Shown here: positions 31,920 to 43,002 of the stretch, in pieces
How the letters are laid out: each line of letters starts with the position of its first letter
Numbering within the stretch: the stretch's first letter is position 1
Assembly: GCA_032718475.1 (NCBI GenBank)
Contig: JAUCBJ010007289.1
Span: 124,001 to 188,000 of the forward strand
DNA: 64,000 nucleotides
Direction of reading: 5' to 3'
From: Nemertoderma westbladi
Taxonomy: Eukaryota > Animalia > Xenacoelomorpha
Notes under the pieces: generated by a model
Seen by the model: the letters and a program-made list of their open reading frames with translations, nothing else
Databases searched by the model: none
Told to the model about the DNA's origin: nothing
Made by a program: the position numbers and the translations under genes

Positions 31920-32535
31920 TTACTGGGTGGAAAAGCCAACCAACCACCAGCTGCTCCGAGCTGATTGCTGATTGGCCATACAATAAACAGCGACACCCTC
32001 GATTGGCCGCCAACAGTTCCGAGTGGCACATAGTTTATGATGGTAACCGTTGGCTACCAGCTGACCGGCTACCCGACGCCTATAGCCAGTTAGATTGACC
32101 GGGTTAATAGCTGAGGAGTCGGGGTGGTCAATACTGGAAAGGATTGCGGTCGACGATGCGTATTTACTGATTCCAAACCAGAGTTTCCAATAAAACGCAC
32201 ATATGCGGTGGATGTGGTCGAGTTCGATTATATTTGGTTCTGTTGCGAAATTGTTGCAGCCGTACGAAACAGACGGTAGGACGATCGCTAGCCATATTTT
32301 CCTTGCGGTGGCAATCGAGACAACGTTAAGTTTTACCTTTATTGCAATTCGCGTACAACAGGCAATCCCCTTGCGATACAGGTGGTCGTAATGGGACCTA
32401 GGTCCATTTTTGGTTGATAGCGTCACACCGAGATATTCGAATGAAGGTTGAAACTCGATGGGGGAACCGTTGTATATATCAGAACATCGCTTCGAGCCAA
32501 CCGGCCACCGTTGCGAAATTTAACAGCTTTGGCAA
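31920..32535 (-). mobile_element. 3' fragment of another LINE (RT C-terminal region)
   Basis: Minus strand reads KAVKFRNGGRLA…PIEFQPSFEYLGVTLS…IVLPSVSYG…FYWKLWFGI, typical of the post-YADD region of non-LTR RTs. Confidence 0.75.
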
Positions 32536-33372
32536 AACACACTTTTGAGTCGTTCAAAGGAATAATAAAAGATTACAATAAGATGAACTTTATATTGCTA
32601 CGAAAAAATATCATATTTCAAAATTTGATAAGCTGCACTTTTTTTCCCTCAAGAGCCTTCGTCAATTTGTTTCATCAAAAATGATCCACTACTATAGCAA
32701 TAGCACTTCTAACCAGTAAATTATAAAGATGCCCTTTTGTACCCCTTTTGAGAATTTGGCTTTTAAAAATATTCATTAATTCACAAAAATGACATTTATC
32801 GTCACCCTGTTAGGGTGTTATTGCTGCTACTTGTAATTCATTACTGTGTACTGCCTGATCTCCCTAGCAGCCTTCCTAGATGACTCTATTAAGCCGAGCC
32901 TGAGCCGAGCCTACGTACATACGATAAGCAATTGATTCTGATTGGCTGGCCTATTATTTCGTGTAAGGGTAAGCCTTTCTTTAATTAATAAAAGGTTAAG
33001 TAAGACATTGGTGGTTGTGATAGATTAATAAGTGAACGAGAATAATTCGGCAAAGGAATAAAAATTCAATAAATTGAATGCGCTCGCTGACTGTAGCTGT
33101 TCGCTGGTTGTCTTAAATAATTGCATCAACAGCTTTGAAAACCTATAAATGCCGAAAATATGCGAGTTTAATGCAGTATAAAAACCCAGAATTCATTGAT
33201 TTTTATACTGTATGAAACTCGCAGGTTACAGTAGTGGCGGCTTCAACCCTAATTAAAACTGCCATGTCGTAAGTAACCCTAACCCTAAGTCATAATCTAA
33301 GATATTCCGCTAAATTTCTTAGAATATGACTTAGGGTTATTAAAAAAATTATAATTAATAATAATATATTAA

Positions 33373-33958
33373 TGTGACGGGATCGGAGGATCCCGACCAG
33401 TTTGGTTTATGTACGCGTCAGCCGCACCGTGTGATGGAAAAATAGAGTCTGTTGTTCCAGTGTTGTTAATAATATAAATATGGTATGCAATGTAGATACA
33501 ATAGCAGATAGCACAGTTTACCGGTATGTGTGATAATATAGTTGGTGACGGCGGTGATGGCGGTGACGGTCTTAAAATGTCAGCGTACTGCCATGACTGA
33601 GTGACTGAGTAAACTACTGAATGATATAACACCAACCGGTAATATACTACACTACCTTTGGCCGTGTTACTCAGCTGATGCCCTGCTGTCCCCCCATTGG
33701 CCGACAACCTAATTCTCGCCTTTTCTACTGCGGGAGTGTTTCCCCCCCCCCCCCCCCCCCCCGCTGCTGTTACTTTCCTTCTCCCCGGAGGTGTAACCTC
33801 TGACCTCCATTGTGTGAGGCCCTCTGGGGTTTGTCGTCCCCGTTTATTGGGGGTGATACAAGGTTGATTGGCAATCAACCTCGTACTCCCCAATATTGCT
33901 TAAAGGCGCTCTTTCCCACTTTATGGGGGTTGGTGAGGCGGAATTGAATCCGCTCACA
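33373..33958 (-). mobile_element. Solo LTR related to the LTR of the BEL/Pao element at 50156
   Basis: Minus strand TGTGAGCGGATTCAATTCCGCC…CCCCATAAAGT…TAAGCAATATTGGG…GATCCCGTCACA parallels 50156-50692 (TGTTAGCTTATTCAATCCCGCC…CCCCATAAAGT…TAAGCAATATTGGG…GATCCCGTCACA). Flanks ATTAA/ATTAC form a 5-bp TSD with one mismatch. Confidence 0.85.
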
Positions 33959-34068
33959 ATTACTAAAAAATATAATATATATAATTAAATATATTATAAA
34001 AGTTATTAATATTTCTGGAATGTGCAAATGCAAAACCAGTTTTGGTGCCATTCTGGTGCCACAGAACG

Positions 34069-34743
34069 AAAAGTACAAGTAGCAAAAATTTCAAACTTTT
34101 AAATTTTTACTTTGGTTTGGTAATTCTTAAGCTACACTGGTTTTCAAAGCCGCTGGATAACGATACAATTCGTTAAAATAATTCATGGTAACGCAACTAT
34201 CGTTATGGTGGTTGTCTGGTGGGACCTAAAATACAAGAAGCGTAAACTTTCAAATGACAAAAATATAATTTGGTCGGATAATGCGATATTTTATGAGTGT
34301 CAGAGAAAACCCATAATGTCATAAAATCAGGTTGATTCGTTATGATTTATGATCATCGAATTTCTGATACGTGTATTTTTCGTGGCGCACATTGACATTG
34401 ACACGTATCAAAAAAACCAGTAATCAACAAGGTAGGATATTTTTCAGTGTCATAGTCGTTATCAGCATCCCAAAAACCCATATGGTCATAAAATCAATTT
34501 GTTTTCGTGGTGATTTTCATTATCATGTTTGCACTACTTGTTTTTTTCATGCTCCAGTGGCACAAATAACTGACTAATTACTAATATAACAACATGCCTA
34601 TGTTGTTACATTACATAACTCTTCGATATGTTTGATGTAAAGGAAAAAAACTTTCCCAATGAAATCAGCACCATTCTAAAACCTCAGTAGCCAAATTGTA
34701 GGTAGAATTTACCACTTTTGAAAAAAGTGCTACTTGCACTTTT
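34069..34743. mobile_element. Possible MITE-like element bounded by 16-bp inverted repeats
   Basis: AAAAGTACAAGTAGCA (34069-34084) versus TGCTACTTGCACTTTT (34728-34743), 15/16 complementary. No ORF inside and no clear TSD. Confidence 0.45.
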
Positions 34744-37394
34744 GATGCTCTTTGGATATCTATTGATAATAAAATGAAAATGTTGCTTCTAATCTTGCTT
34801 TCGATTACTATTAATGAATTCAACAAAATAAAAAGGCATAGTATGGTTTTATGGTTATAAAAAGTCTTTGAAGGGTGATGTATTTTGCGTAATTTTATAA
34901 ATTCCGAAAGGTGTTGGTATGGTATGGGTGCCAGGAATGCCTCATATCTCGAAAACTTACGGAGTTATTAAATTTTTATTTGCCTCATCTGAAATAGGAC
35001 ATAATTTTAGTTAGGGACAAGAACTTTCGATGCGCTAGACCTATTGTTTCAGGGGTTGTATCTAAGATAAATAACTGGCCCACTAAATTTAGGGGCTTTG
35101 CAGCAGCTTGGCGAAGTCTCTCCGTTACAAGTAAAATTTATTGATTTTTTTAGTTAATTTTATAATTTATATATTATTTTTATTTGACGAGGATAAAAAG
35201 CCAGGTTACAACACTTATGTAATACTTTAAAAAATGTCAAAATACAGTACATCAGTCTCAATTAAAACCAGATTTGGGAACTGTGAAAATATGACATCCC
35301 TTTGTAAATAAAATGAAATGCATTAGGGGTAATCCTTTTATCGGTCACACTTGGAAATATTTTCCTGTGCTCTGCCCTGCCTAGTGCCTAGCCTATATAT
35401 ATGAACGTAAAAACTCATTAACTTACCACCACATGTAACTATAATAACAGATAGCAGTAACAGCAGTAGCAGACAATAACAAATAGCAGTGACCCCAGAC
35501 TGCTTTCAGCTTCACTTAGTCTGTCTACAGGAGAATCGCTTCTACTCGTAAATGTTTACATGCCCCACGAGTGCCCAGATACTGTTGACCTATACATGGA
35601 GAATCTTGGAAAAATTCAAAGCCTATTGCAAACCTCTACTTATAATCATGTTTTAATATTGGGAGATTTTAATGCGGTCCGCATTTTAAATTTTACAAAT
35701 TGCTGTCAGAAATGTGCGATGAGGAGGGGCTGTCTGTACTTGATTCTGATATATTGCCTAATTCTACCTTCACATATATGAGTCTAACATATAACAGTGA
35801 GTCGTGGCTCGATCATTGTGTTGTCTCAAAAGACTTTGTCCATGCGATATCGGATATCTCCGTCTCTTACAACCTTTCAATTTTTGACCATATGCCGCTA
35901 TCTGTTACTATAAATAATGGTATTGAGAGTGAATCTACCAGCTGCGATAACATTCCACCGAGAGTGACAAAGATAAATAACAACCTCTTCAGGACAGATT
36001 GGTCGGTACTATCATCTTTGCAAAGAGAAACCTACTCGGCAAAATCAAAATGATTCTATTGCATGTAATAATGCAAAATGTAAAATTCACAACCTTGAGA
36101 AGATAAATTCTACATCCCGGGCTGGAATGACGTTGCTAAAGAAAAATACAAGCACTCGCGAGACCTCTTTCTCATATGGCGAGATATGGGTAGCCCGCGT
36201 AATGGGAGCCTACATAACCAACTCCTACAGGCGAAGGCTCAATTTAAGTTGGCTCTTCGAAATTGCAAAAACTCTGAAGATCAACTACGCTCTGATAAAC
36301 TGGCGCAGTCCCTACTCGATAACAAATCCAATGATTTCTGGAAAGACGTGAAATAGAAAACCAAAGCAAAAATATCGTCTCCACTCTCGATGGATAATAC
36401 AGTCGGTGCGCCATCAATATGTCACAAATGGGCAGAGACCTACAAATGTTTATTTAACTCTCAACCCAGATCCCCATCCAAACGTCTATCCAAAGCGGCG
36501 GCCCAGCTACTTTTCTGCATCGAAATGATAGTCTCTCCAGCTGAAACTGCTGATGCTATTCGCGAACTCTCGACCAACAAGGTCCTGACCACATTTTGGC
36601 AGAACATATTTTATATGCACCGCCCCGTCTACAAATTGACCTAAGTTTACTTTTTACCTGCTTTTTTACTCATGGTTTTTTACCCAGTGCTTTGGTGCAA
36701 TCAACAATTTTACCCGTTCTAAAAGATAGAAATGGTTTAGTTACAGATTCCACTAACTATAGGCCTGTTGCCTTATCTACAATTATTGGCAAACTTTTTG
36801 AAGTTTTTATTCTAATACGTATAAGCGACTCTCTGTTTACAACGCACTGTCAATTTGGTTATAAAAAGAAAATTGGAACAGAGTTGCGCATCTATTCGAT
36901 TAAAGAATTAATTAATTATTTTCTAACTAATGGATCCAACGTATATATTTGTTTTTTAGATGCCTCCAAGGCATTCGTTACCGTCTCACATTCTATTCTA
37001 TTTGATAAACTTTTAGATAGAGGAATACCTATTTAAATTTTCCGTATCATTGACTATTGGTACAGTAACCAATCAGTAGTGTCATTTGGGATGGATTTTT
37101 GTCTGACTCCCTCCAGGGCACTAATGGTGTCAGACAAGGAAGTATTTTAAGCCCTTACTTCTTTAACATATATACCAATGACCTAAGTGGGGCAACTATA
37201 TACTACATGTATAGGTGCAAGACTTAACCATTTATGTACAAATCATTTTATTTATGTGGATGACATCTGTCTCATATCCACCTCGCCTATAGCTCTACAA
37301 TCTCTATTAAATATTTGTGCTGATTTTACTTCACATAATAACCTGAAATTTAATGTCAAAAAATCTAAATGTTTGTTTTTGCATAGCCGTTTAA

Positions 37395-38968
37395 CCCTAT
37401 TAGTACCGGGCTATAAAATGTTGTACAAATACCGGGGGGGGGGGGGGGGGGGGTCATATTGACCCACCCCCCCCCCCCTCTAAAATCCACAAATATTTAC
37501 GAAAACGTCTGATTTTTTGTTTGTACGTAGGTATCACTTGTCTGGATCCGACCGAAAAAAAACATTTTCGAAAAAATGTACTGGGGTGGTTATATTGCAG
37601 CACCAAAATTACAAGTAGTGCACAATTTTCACAAAATTTGAAAGTTACATTTTCGGCTAATTATTTTTCAATACAGGTTTTCTGGGGTGCAAAATACATT
37701 GGAAAATATTCAAAAATGACATGATTACTATAAATGGCTGTTTAGTCCTCTCTGCGTAGGAAAAAAATGAAAAAAACAAGTAACCAGCACTTTTCAGTTA
37801 GAACACAAAATTTTTAATTTACTTATACGATGCTATAAATTCACATTTTCAGGTTTTCTAGGGCGCTGATTCTAATGGAATACGTTTCGAATATGCCAGA
37901 TCATTGCTACATGTATTTTTCGGCGTAATTTGGCAAATTTTGGTGCTAGCACCAAATTTCGTACCCACCACCAAAAAGTACAATTTTGCGATGTCCAGTG
38001 CTGTTTTTATTGATTCCATCGGATTCAGGATCCTCATAAACCCGTATAACGCAAGAAACAAGGTGATACTATCTACTGATCAATTTGCATATTTTCCAAA
38101 ATTTGGTGCTGGCACAACAATTTTCACCCACCGGCGAAAAATACAAGTTTGAGGACTCTTATGAAATTTTTACTGATTCCATTGAATTCAGAACCATCAC
38201 AAACCAATATAACGCAAGAAACAAGGTGACACAATCAATTGATATATTTGATGGTTTTCAAAATTTGGTGCTAGCACCACATTTTGCACCCACATCCGAA
38301 AAATACAAGTTTGAGATGTCTAGTTCGATAATTATATATTCCATTGAATTCAGAACAGCCATAAACCTCTAAAACGCAAGAAATAAATTGTCACAAGCAA
38401 TTTTATCTATTGAATGGATTTTCAAAATTTCGTGCTAGCACCAAAATTTGCATACAGCACCGAAAAATACAAGTTTGATACGCTTGGTGCAACTCGTATA
38501 TATTTCATCGAATCCAGAACCCCAAAAAACCCCAATTGCGTAAAAAACAAGTTTCAAACAATCAATTTACAAAATTGACATATTTCAAAATTTGGTGCTG
38601 GCACCAAAATTTGGCACCCAAAGAAAAAAACAAGTTTGAAATTTCTAAATCAATTTATATGAATTCCATCCAATTTCTAACACCAAAAAACCGGTGTAAA
38701 TCAAAAATAGAGATGTTACAATTCATATTTAATGAAATGTAATTTTCAAAAAACGTCTCAAAAAAAGTGCCAAAAGTAGGGTTAAAAAATGGTGCTATAA
38801 CTCGAAAAGTACCCAATATTTTTGAAAACGGTTTTCACTACTAGGAAGACAATAGGGTTTTAGGAAAAGTCATAAAATTTCAGATTCCCAACTGCGTTTG
38901 TTTCAGAATTATAATAAAAAAACCACGGGGGGGGGGTCATATTGACCCCCCCCCCGGGTTTAATAGGG
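37395..38968. mobile_element. Non-autonomous piggyBac-type DNA transposon (1574 bp)
   Basis: TTAA TSD at 37391-37394 and 38969-38972. Termini CCCTATTAGTACCGGG / CCCGGGTTTAATAGGG. Excision restores the LINE B frame HSRLRNFISNVQI. Confidence 0.9.
37930..38720. repeat. ~163-bp tandem repeat, about 5 diverged copies, inside the piggyBac-type element
   Basis: Core AAATTTGGTGCTAGCACCAAAT…AAAATACAAGTTTGA recurs near 37938, 38101, 38262, 38427 and 38590. Confidence 0.85.
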
Positions 38969-39682
38969 TTAAGAAACTTTATATCCAACGTTCAAATTAC
39001 ATTACTTGGTGCTATTCTAGAACAAGTAGATAAATACAAGTACTTACGTCACTACATTTCAAACGATTTTTCGGACGACATTGATATTCGTAATCAAACC
39101 CGGTGCTTCTACGCCCGAGGCAATTTAATTATTAGGAATTTCAGTATGTGCAATAATGCGGTAAAATGTAACCTGTTCATCGCATTTTGTAGTAATGTTT
39201 ATTGCAATTCATTATGTGCAGACGCTTATATTACTAAATCTACTTTAGAACATATACGGGTTGGTTACAATACGTGTGTACGCAAACTTTTCGGATTGTC
39301 CATAATGAAGATTATAGTGCTTCTGCAAAGCTCGTGAACTTAAACCTCAAGTCTTTCATACATGTAAAACGGTTTTCCCTCATAAGTCAATATAAAAGAG
39401 TGAATGATTCCACGAATACTATTTTGATCCACATTCGCAATCAGTGCCGGGAAATTTCAGAAATTAATTCAACTTTTAAGCGACTATGCAGATAGTGCTC
39501 ACACCGCGCCAGATACCGTCAATCTATATTGTGCTATTGTCATTGCATGTTATGTATGTAAAATATTGTATTGTCTATTTACGGTTTAGTTTATTTATCT
39601 ATAATTAATAATGTAATTAATTTTAATATGGGTTGACCCTGGAATAAAATATAATAAATAAATAAATAAGTAACACTATCTA

Positions 39683-41869
39683 TGTTACGGTATATGGCGC
39701 TGTACCTACATTATGTAATATATTAGTCCGTTATACTGTACATATATTAGCCCATCATACAGTATAATATATTAGTCCATTATATAGTATCATATATTAG
39801 TCCGTGATGCAGTATAATTATTTAGATAAGGCATAATGCGCAATGATATTTAGATAAGGAAATTGAAACGCCCATATATTTTGAACTCATCCATTTTGTA
39901 TAGTATGTAGCCCTACCTATGTAATTTTGTAATAGGATATAAGTAGATAGTTCCAGGGTAGCAAGTTCTTGTTGGACCCTGGATATGGGCAAGCTGTTAT
40001 TAGCCTTGATGGGGCTAGCTAATGGTTTTAATTTTCTCTATAATTGCGCTAAATTAATATTTGTGCATGATATTATTAGTACCGCCAAATTAAGCATCGG
40101 GAAAATTACCTTTTATGGTGACAATTTGCGATTCCAGGGAGCAATAGGTTCACAATCCGGCTCTCTTATTGGCCTAACTGCTTCCAGGTTGGTCTAATGA
40201 TAGCTCGGATTGGGGAGCCAATGAGAGATCGATTGCATCACCCTTCTCAAATCACCTATAAATTGGCGTTTTGCCAGTGTGTCTGTACCCCACACTCCAC
40301 ACATGTACATGTCACCTTCACCTTCACCTTATCACTGTTCAACTATTATTCGATGCTTAGTTTTTCTGTGTAAATTACTGCCCTTTTGATTTTCTTGCAA
40401 TGATTTGCTAATTTGCAATTTCTGTTGATTCTTGTTTGTGTTTCTCAATCAATCCCAACGATTACTGTTAATTACAAATTGGAACTATGATTTCTACCCT
40501 TTAGTAAATGGTTCTATGTGATTCCTTTCGACAATAATCCTACGGGATTTCTTAGACTGTCAGACTTTGTGATTTGCATGTGCTGCTACGGTAGCTATTC
40601 ATTCTGATGGAGGGCTAGGGTACCGGTAAGCGCGACGGGCGCATTGGGGGGTTAGCGACGAAGGGAGTGCGGAGGATTCAAAGATGAGCAACATTGATGG
40701 GAGTACTATTGCGGGTGCAAGTTTGCAGTGTAGAGTGGGTCAGGTATGCCGGCGCAGTAATTAGGGGCTGATGATCCAGATTTTGTCTCTATTTTGTAGT
40801 ATTAGGGGGACAGGAAAAGGGTTAGTTAGGAAGCCTAGATGTAGCCGGGAGAGATCTGCATGCTTTACGTTGCGAGTTGTGAATTGCTATCTGACTGTTG
40901 ATTGTAAATTGTGCGTTAAGAACTAAAATTGGTGAGTATAAACTATAGATTGTTACTCTGATTGGTGTGTTACTAAAGTGTGCCTAATAAATCACGAATG
41001 CTTGGATAGGCGCTCTTTTCCCTTTGATTGATTTCTATTTCTTAGTTTACTGTAATTAATTACTGATTAGGTCGAAAATAATACGGTATTTTAGGCTGTT
41101 GCTAGTGTGACCCGTTGCGTAATAATTTAGAATTACGCACTCTGGAATACTTAGTAATTAGTAAGCCATTACATATTTGTGACTGTAATTATTTAGTAAA
41201 ATTAAGAATTTGTACGCAGCATAGCGGAGGGTAGTTAAGGTAATAAATTTAGAGTACCGTACACTATTCACGCTGGGCGGTTATTTGAATTAGCAGACAA
41301 AATTCACATCGTAGTATACAGTATATAGCGCGCATCAGTAAATTGCTGGTCTAAAGCCAGCCGCAGATAAGTTTGAGTCCCAAAATAAATGCTGCATCGA
41401 TTTTTGATTATTTTAAATATTCTCACATTCACACATTTCATTAGGGAACCCCAGTATTGCGATTAGATGCGATTAGATTAGATTAGAAAGGACGTAGTTG
41501 TAAACGCATTTTACAGTAAAATTAGGCCATAGGAATACACTCTGAGTGTCAAATCTCTCACACTCGTCTTAAGTCAGCTTAGGGAGCCGATTCGGGTTTA
41601 TTGTTTTGGTTATTCCCGCGTGGCTCATATATTCGAACAGTTAGCTCTCTATCGAGTAATTGGTAGAGAAAGGAACGAGAAATTAGCAGGAGCCGTAGAA
41701 AATTAGGAAATATATTAGCGGACGGCAGGTTAGCGCCATCCAACGGTGAGTAGCGGTTTTGTATTTAGCAGCCCTACATTAGCAATTATACGCTCCTGAT
41801 TGCCCAGTCTAGTAAATAGAGCAGTTTTGCGTCTTTATTGGTTATCTCCGGGGTAGTTTGTTCGTAACA
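39683..41869 (+). repeat. Putative 5' LTR of BEL/Pao element 1 (~2.2 kb)
   Basis: 7-bp terminal inverted repeat TGTTACG…CGTAACA. CCAAT near 40217, TATAAA at 40257, AATAAA near 40986. No second copy in the window to confirm the boundaries. Confidence 0.55.
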
Positions 41870-43002
41870 GTAAAGCATGTTTTGTTTTGCTGTACTGCGT
41901 ACAGTAAAGTACGAATTAGATCACTGAATTAGGTACTGTACAGCATACAGTAGAACATCGAGTGTATTCTTTAGGCTGTTAGTTTAGATTACTATATTCA
42001 CTGGTCGCATACAATAGTACAGTAGTACATTAGGCTGATTGCTGTTACTGCGTACAGTAGAAAATACATTTGTTTTGCTGTACCGCACACAGTATTCAAC
42101 ATAGGTTGTTAGGTTGGTGTACTGTTTTACTTACTGTATTGCGTACAGTGGATATACGGTAGTGCGTTTACTAATCGCAAATACAGCGGTTCCTTAGGCC
42201 GTTAGGGCAGGCCGTAATTAGTAAGTTTTTTGAAAATTTTAGCTAGGTTTGTGAGAATTCAGTTTTGGTCAAAATTATTTGTAATAAAATCTAGAGTTTT
42301 GTACCGGTATGTTAGGTAACCGCTTAGTTATTTTATACCATCTGGAGATACATGGCAAGACGGAGCTTCTGAGTTTGGGGTTCGTGTGGGTCTGCGGGTT
42401 CGGTTTGCAATCAGCGAAAAGACTGAAACTTTAGACGCGGACGTGGAATCTCACAGAAAACAAGGTTAGTTGTTCTGTTGGCACCATTGTGTTTGTGGAA
42501 GCAGTAAAAAATTACCAGTTGTTTAACTGCGAAGCTGAACTCAATTTATTAGTTAGGATAGTTAGGTTTAGCCGACCATGGGTTTTTGAATCGCTCGAGT
42601 TAGAGAGAGAGAGAGTCGCAACCCGAAGATGTAGCCATGCGCTAGTGGATACATATAATATTTGAAATTAAAATTGCGTTGATTAGAGTTATATATGTAA
42701 ATTTAGAAATATTTGGGTGGCAAGTTTATTTTGAATATTTTGTATTAGATTCAAAAAATTATTTGTGTCATACCGGTATTTAAATACTATATAATAACTA
42801 TAAAATAATATTTGTTTAAATATTGTACTAGTATTTGCTAAAATTAGATCCTATTAAATTCACAATATTGCATTGCGAATTTATTTTGACATTTTGGACA
42901 ATTAGATATTTGACAAATAATTTAATTGTATTTTCGATTAAATTATATATATATCTCGAATTTTTGCGAGATTTTTGCTGGAAGGCAAATATTATTTAGA
43001 CT

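Larger units (their letters stand above)
35525..39669 (+). mobile_element. 5'-truncated decayed LINE B (APE+RT, RTEX-like), interrupted by a DNA transposon
   Basis: Motifs LVNVYMP, ILGDFNA, SWLDHCV, FDHMPL, NYRPVALS, QFGYKK, FLDASKAF, GVRQGSILSP, YVDDICL, YKYL, FYARGNLIIRNF. (AATA)n tail at ~39643-39669. Confidence 0.92.

Noticed and set aside
33369-33893. 174-aa minus-strand ORF
   Set aside because: Lies within the solo LTR, crosses a long homopolymer and has no motifs.
37521-38742. Short ORFs as a transposase
   Set aside because: They derive from the 163-bp repeats, with no DDD motifs. The element is non-autonomous.
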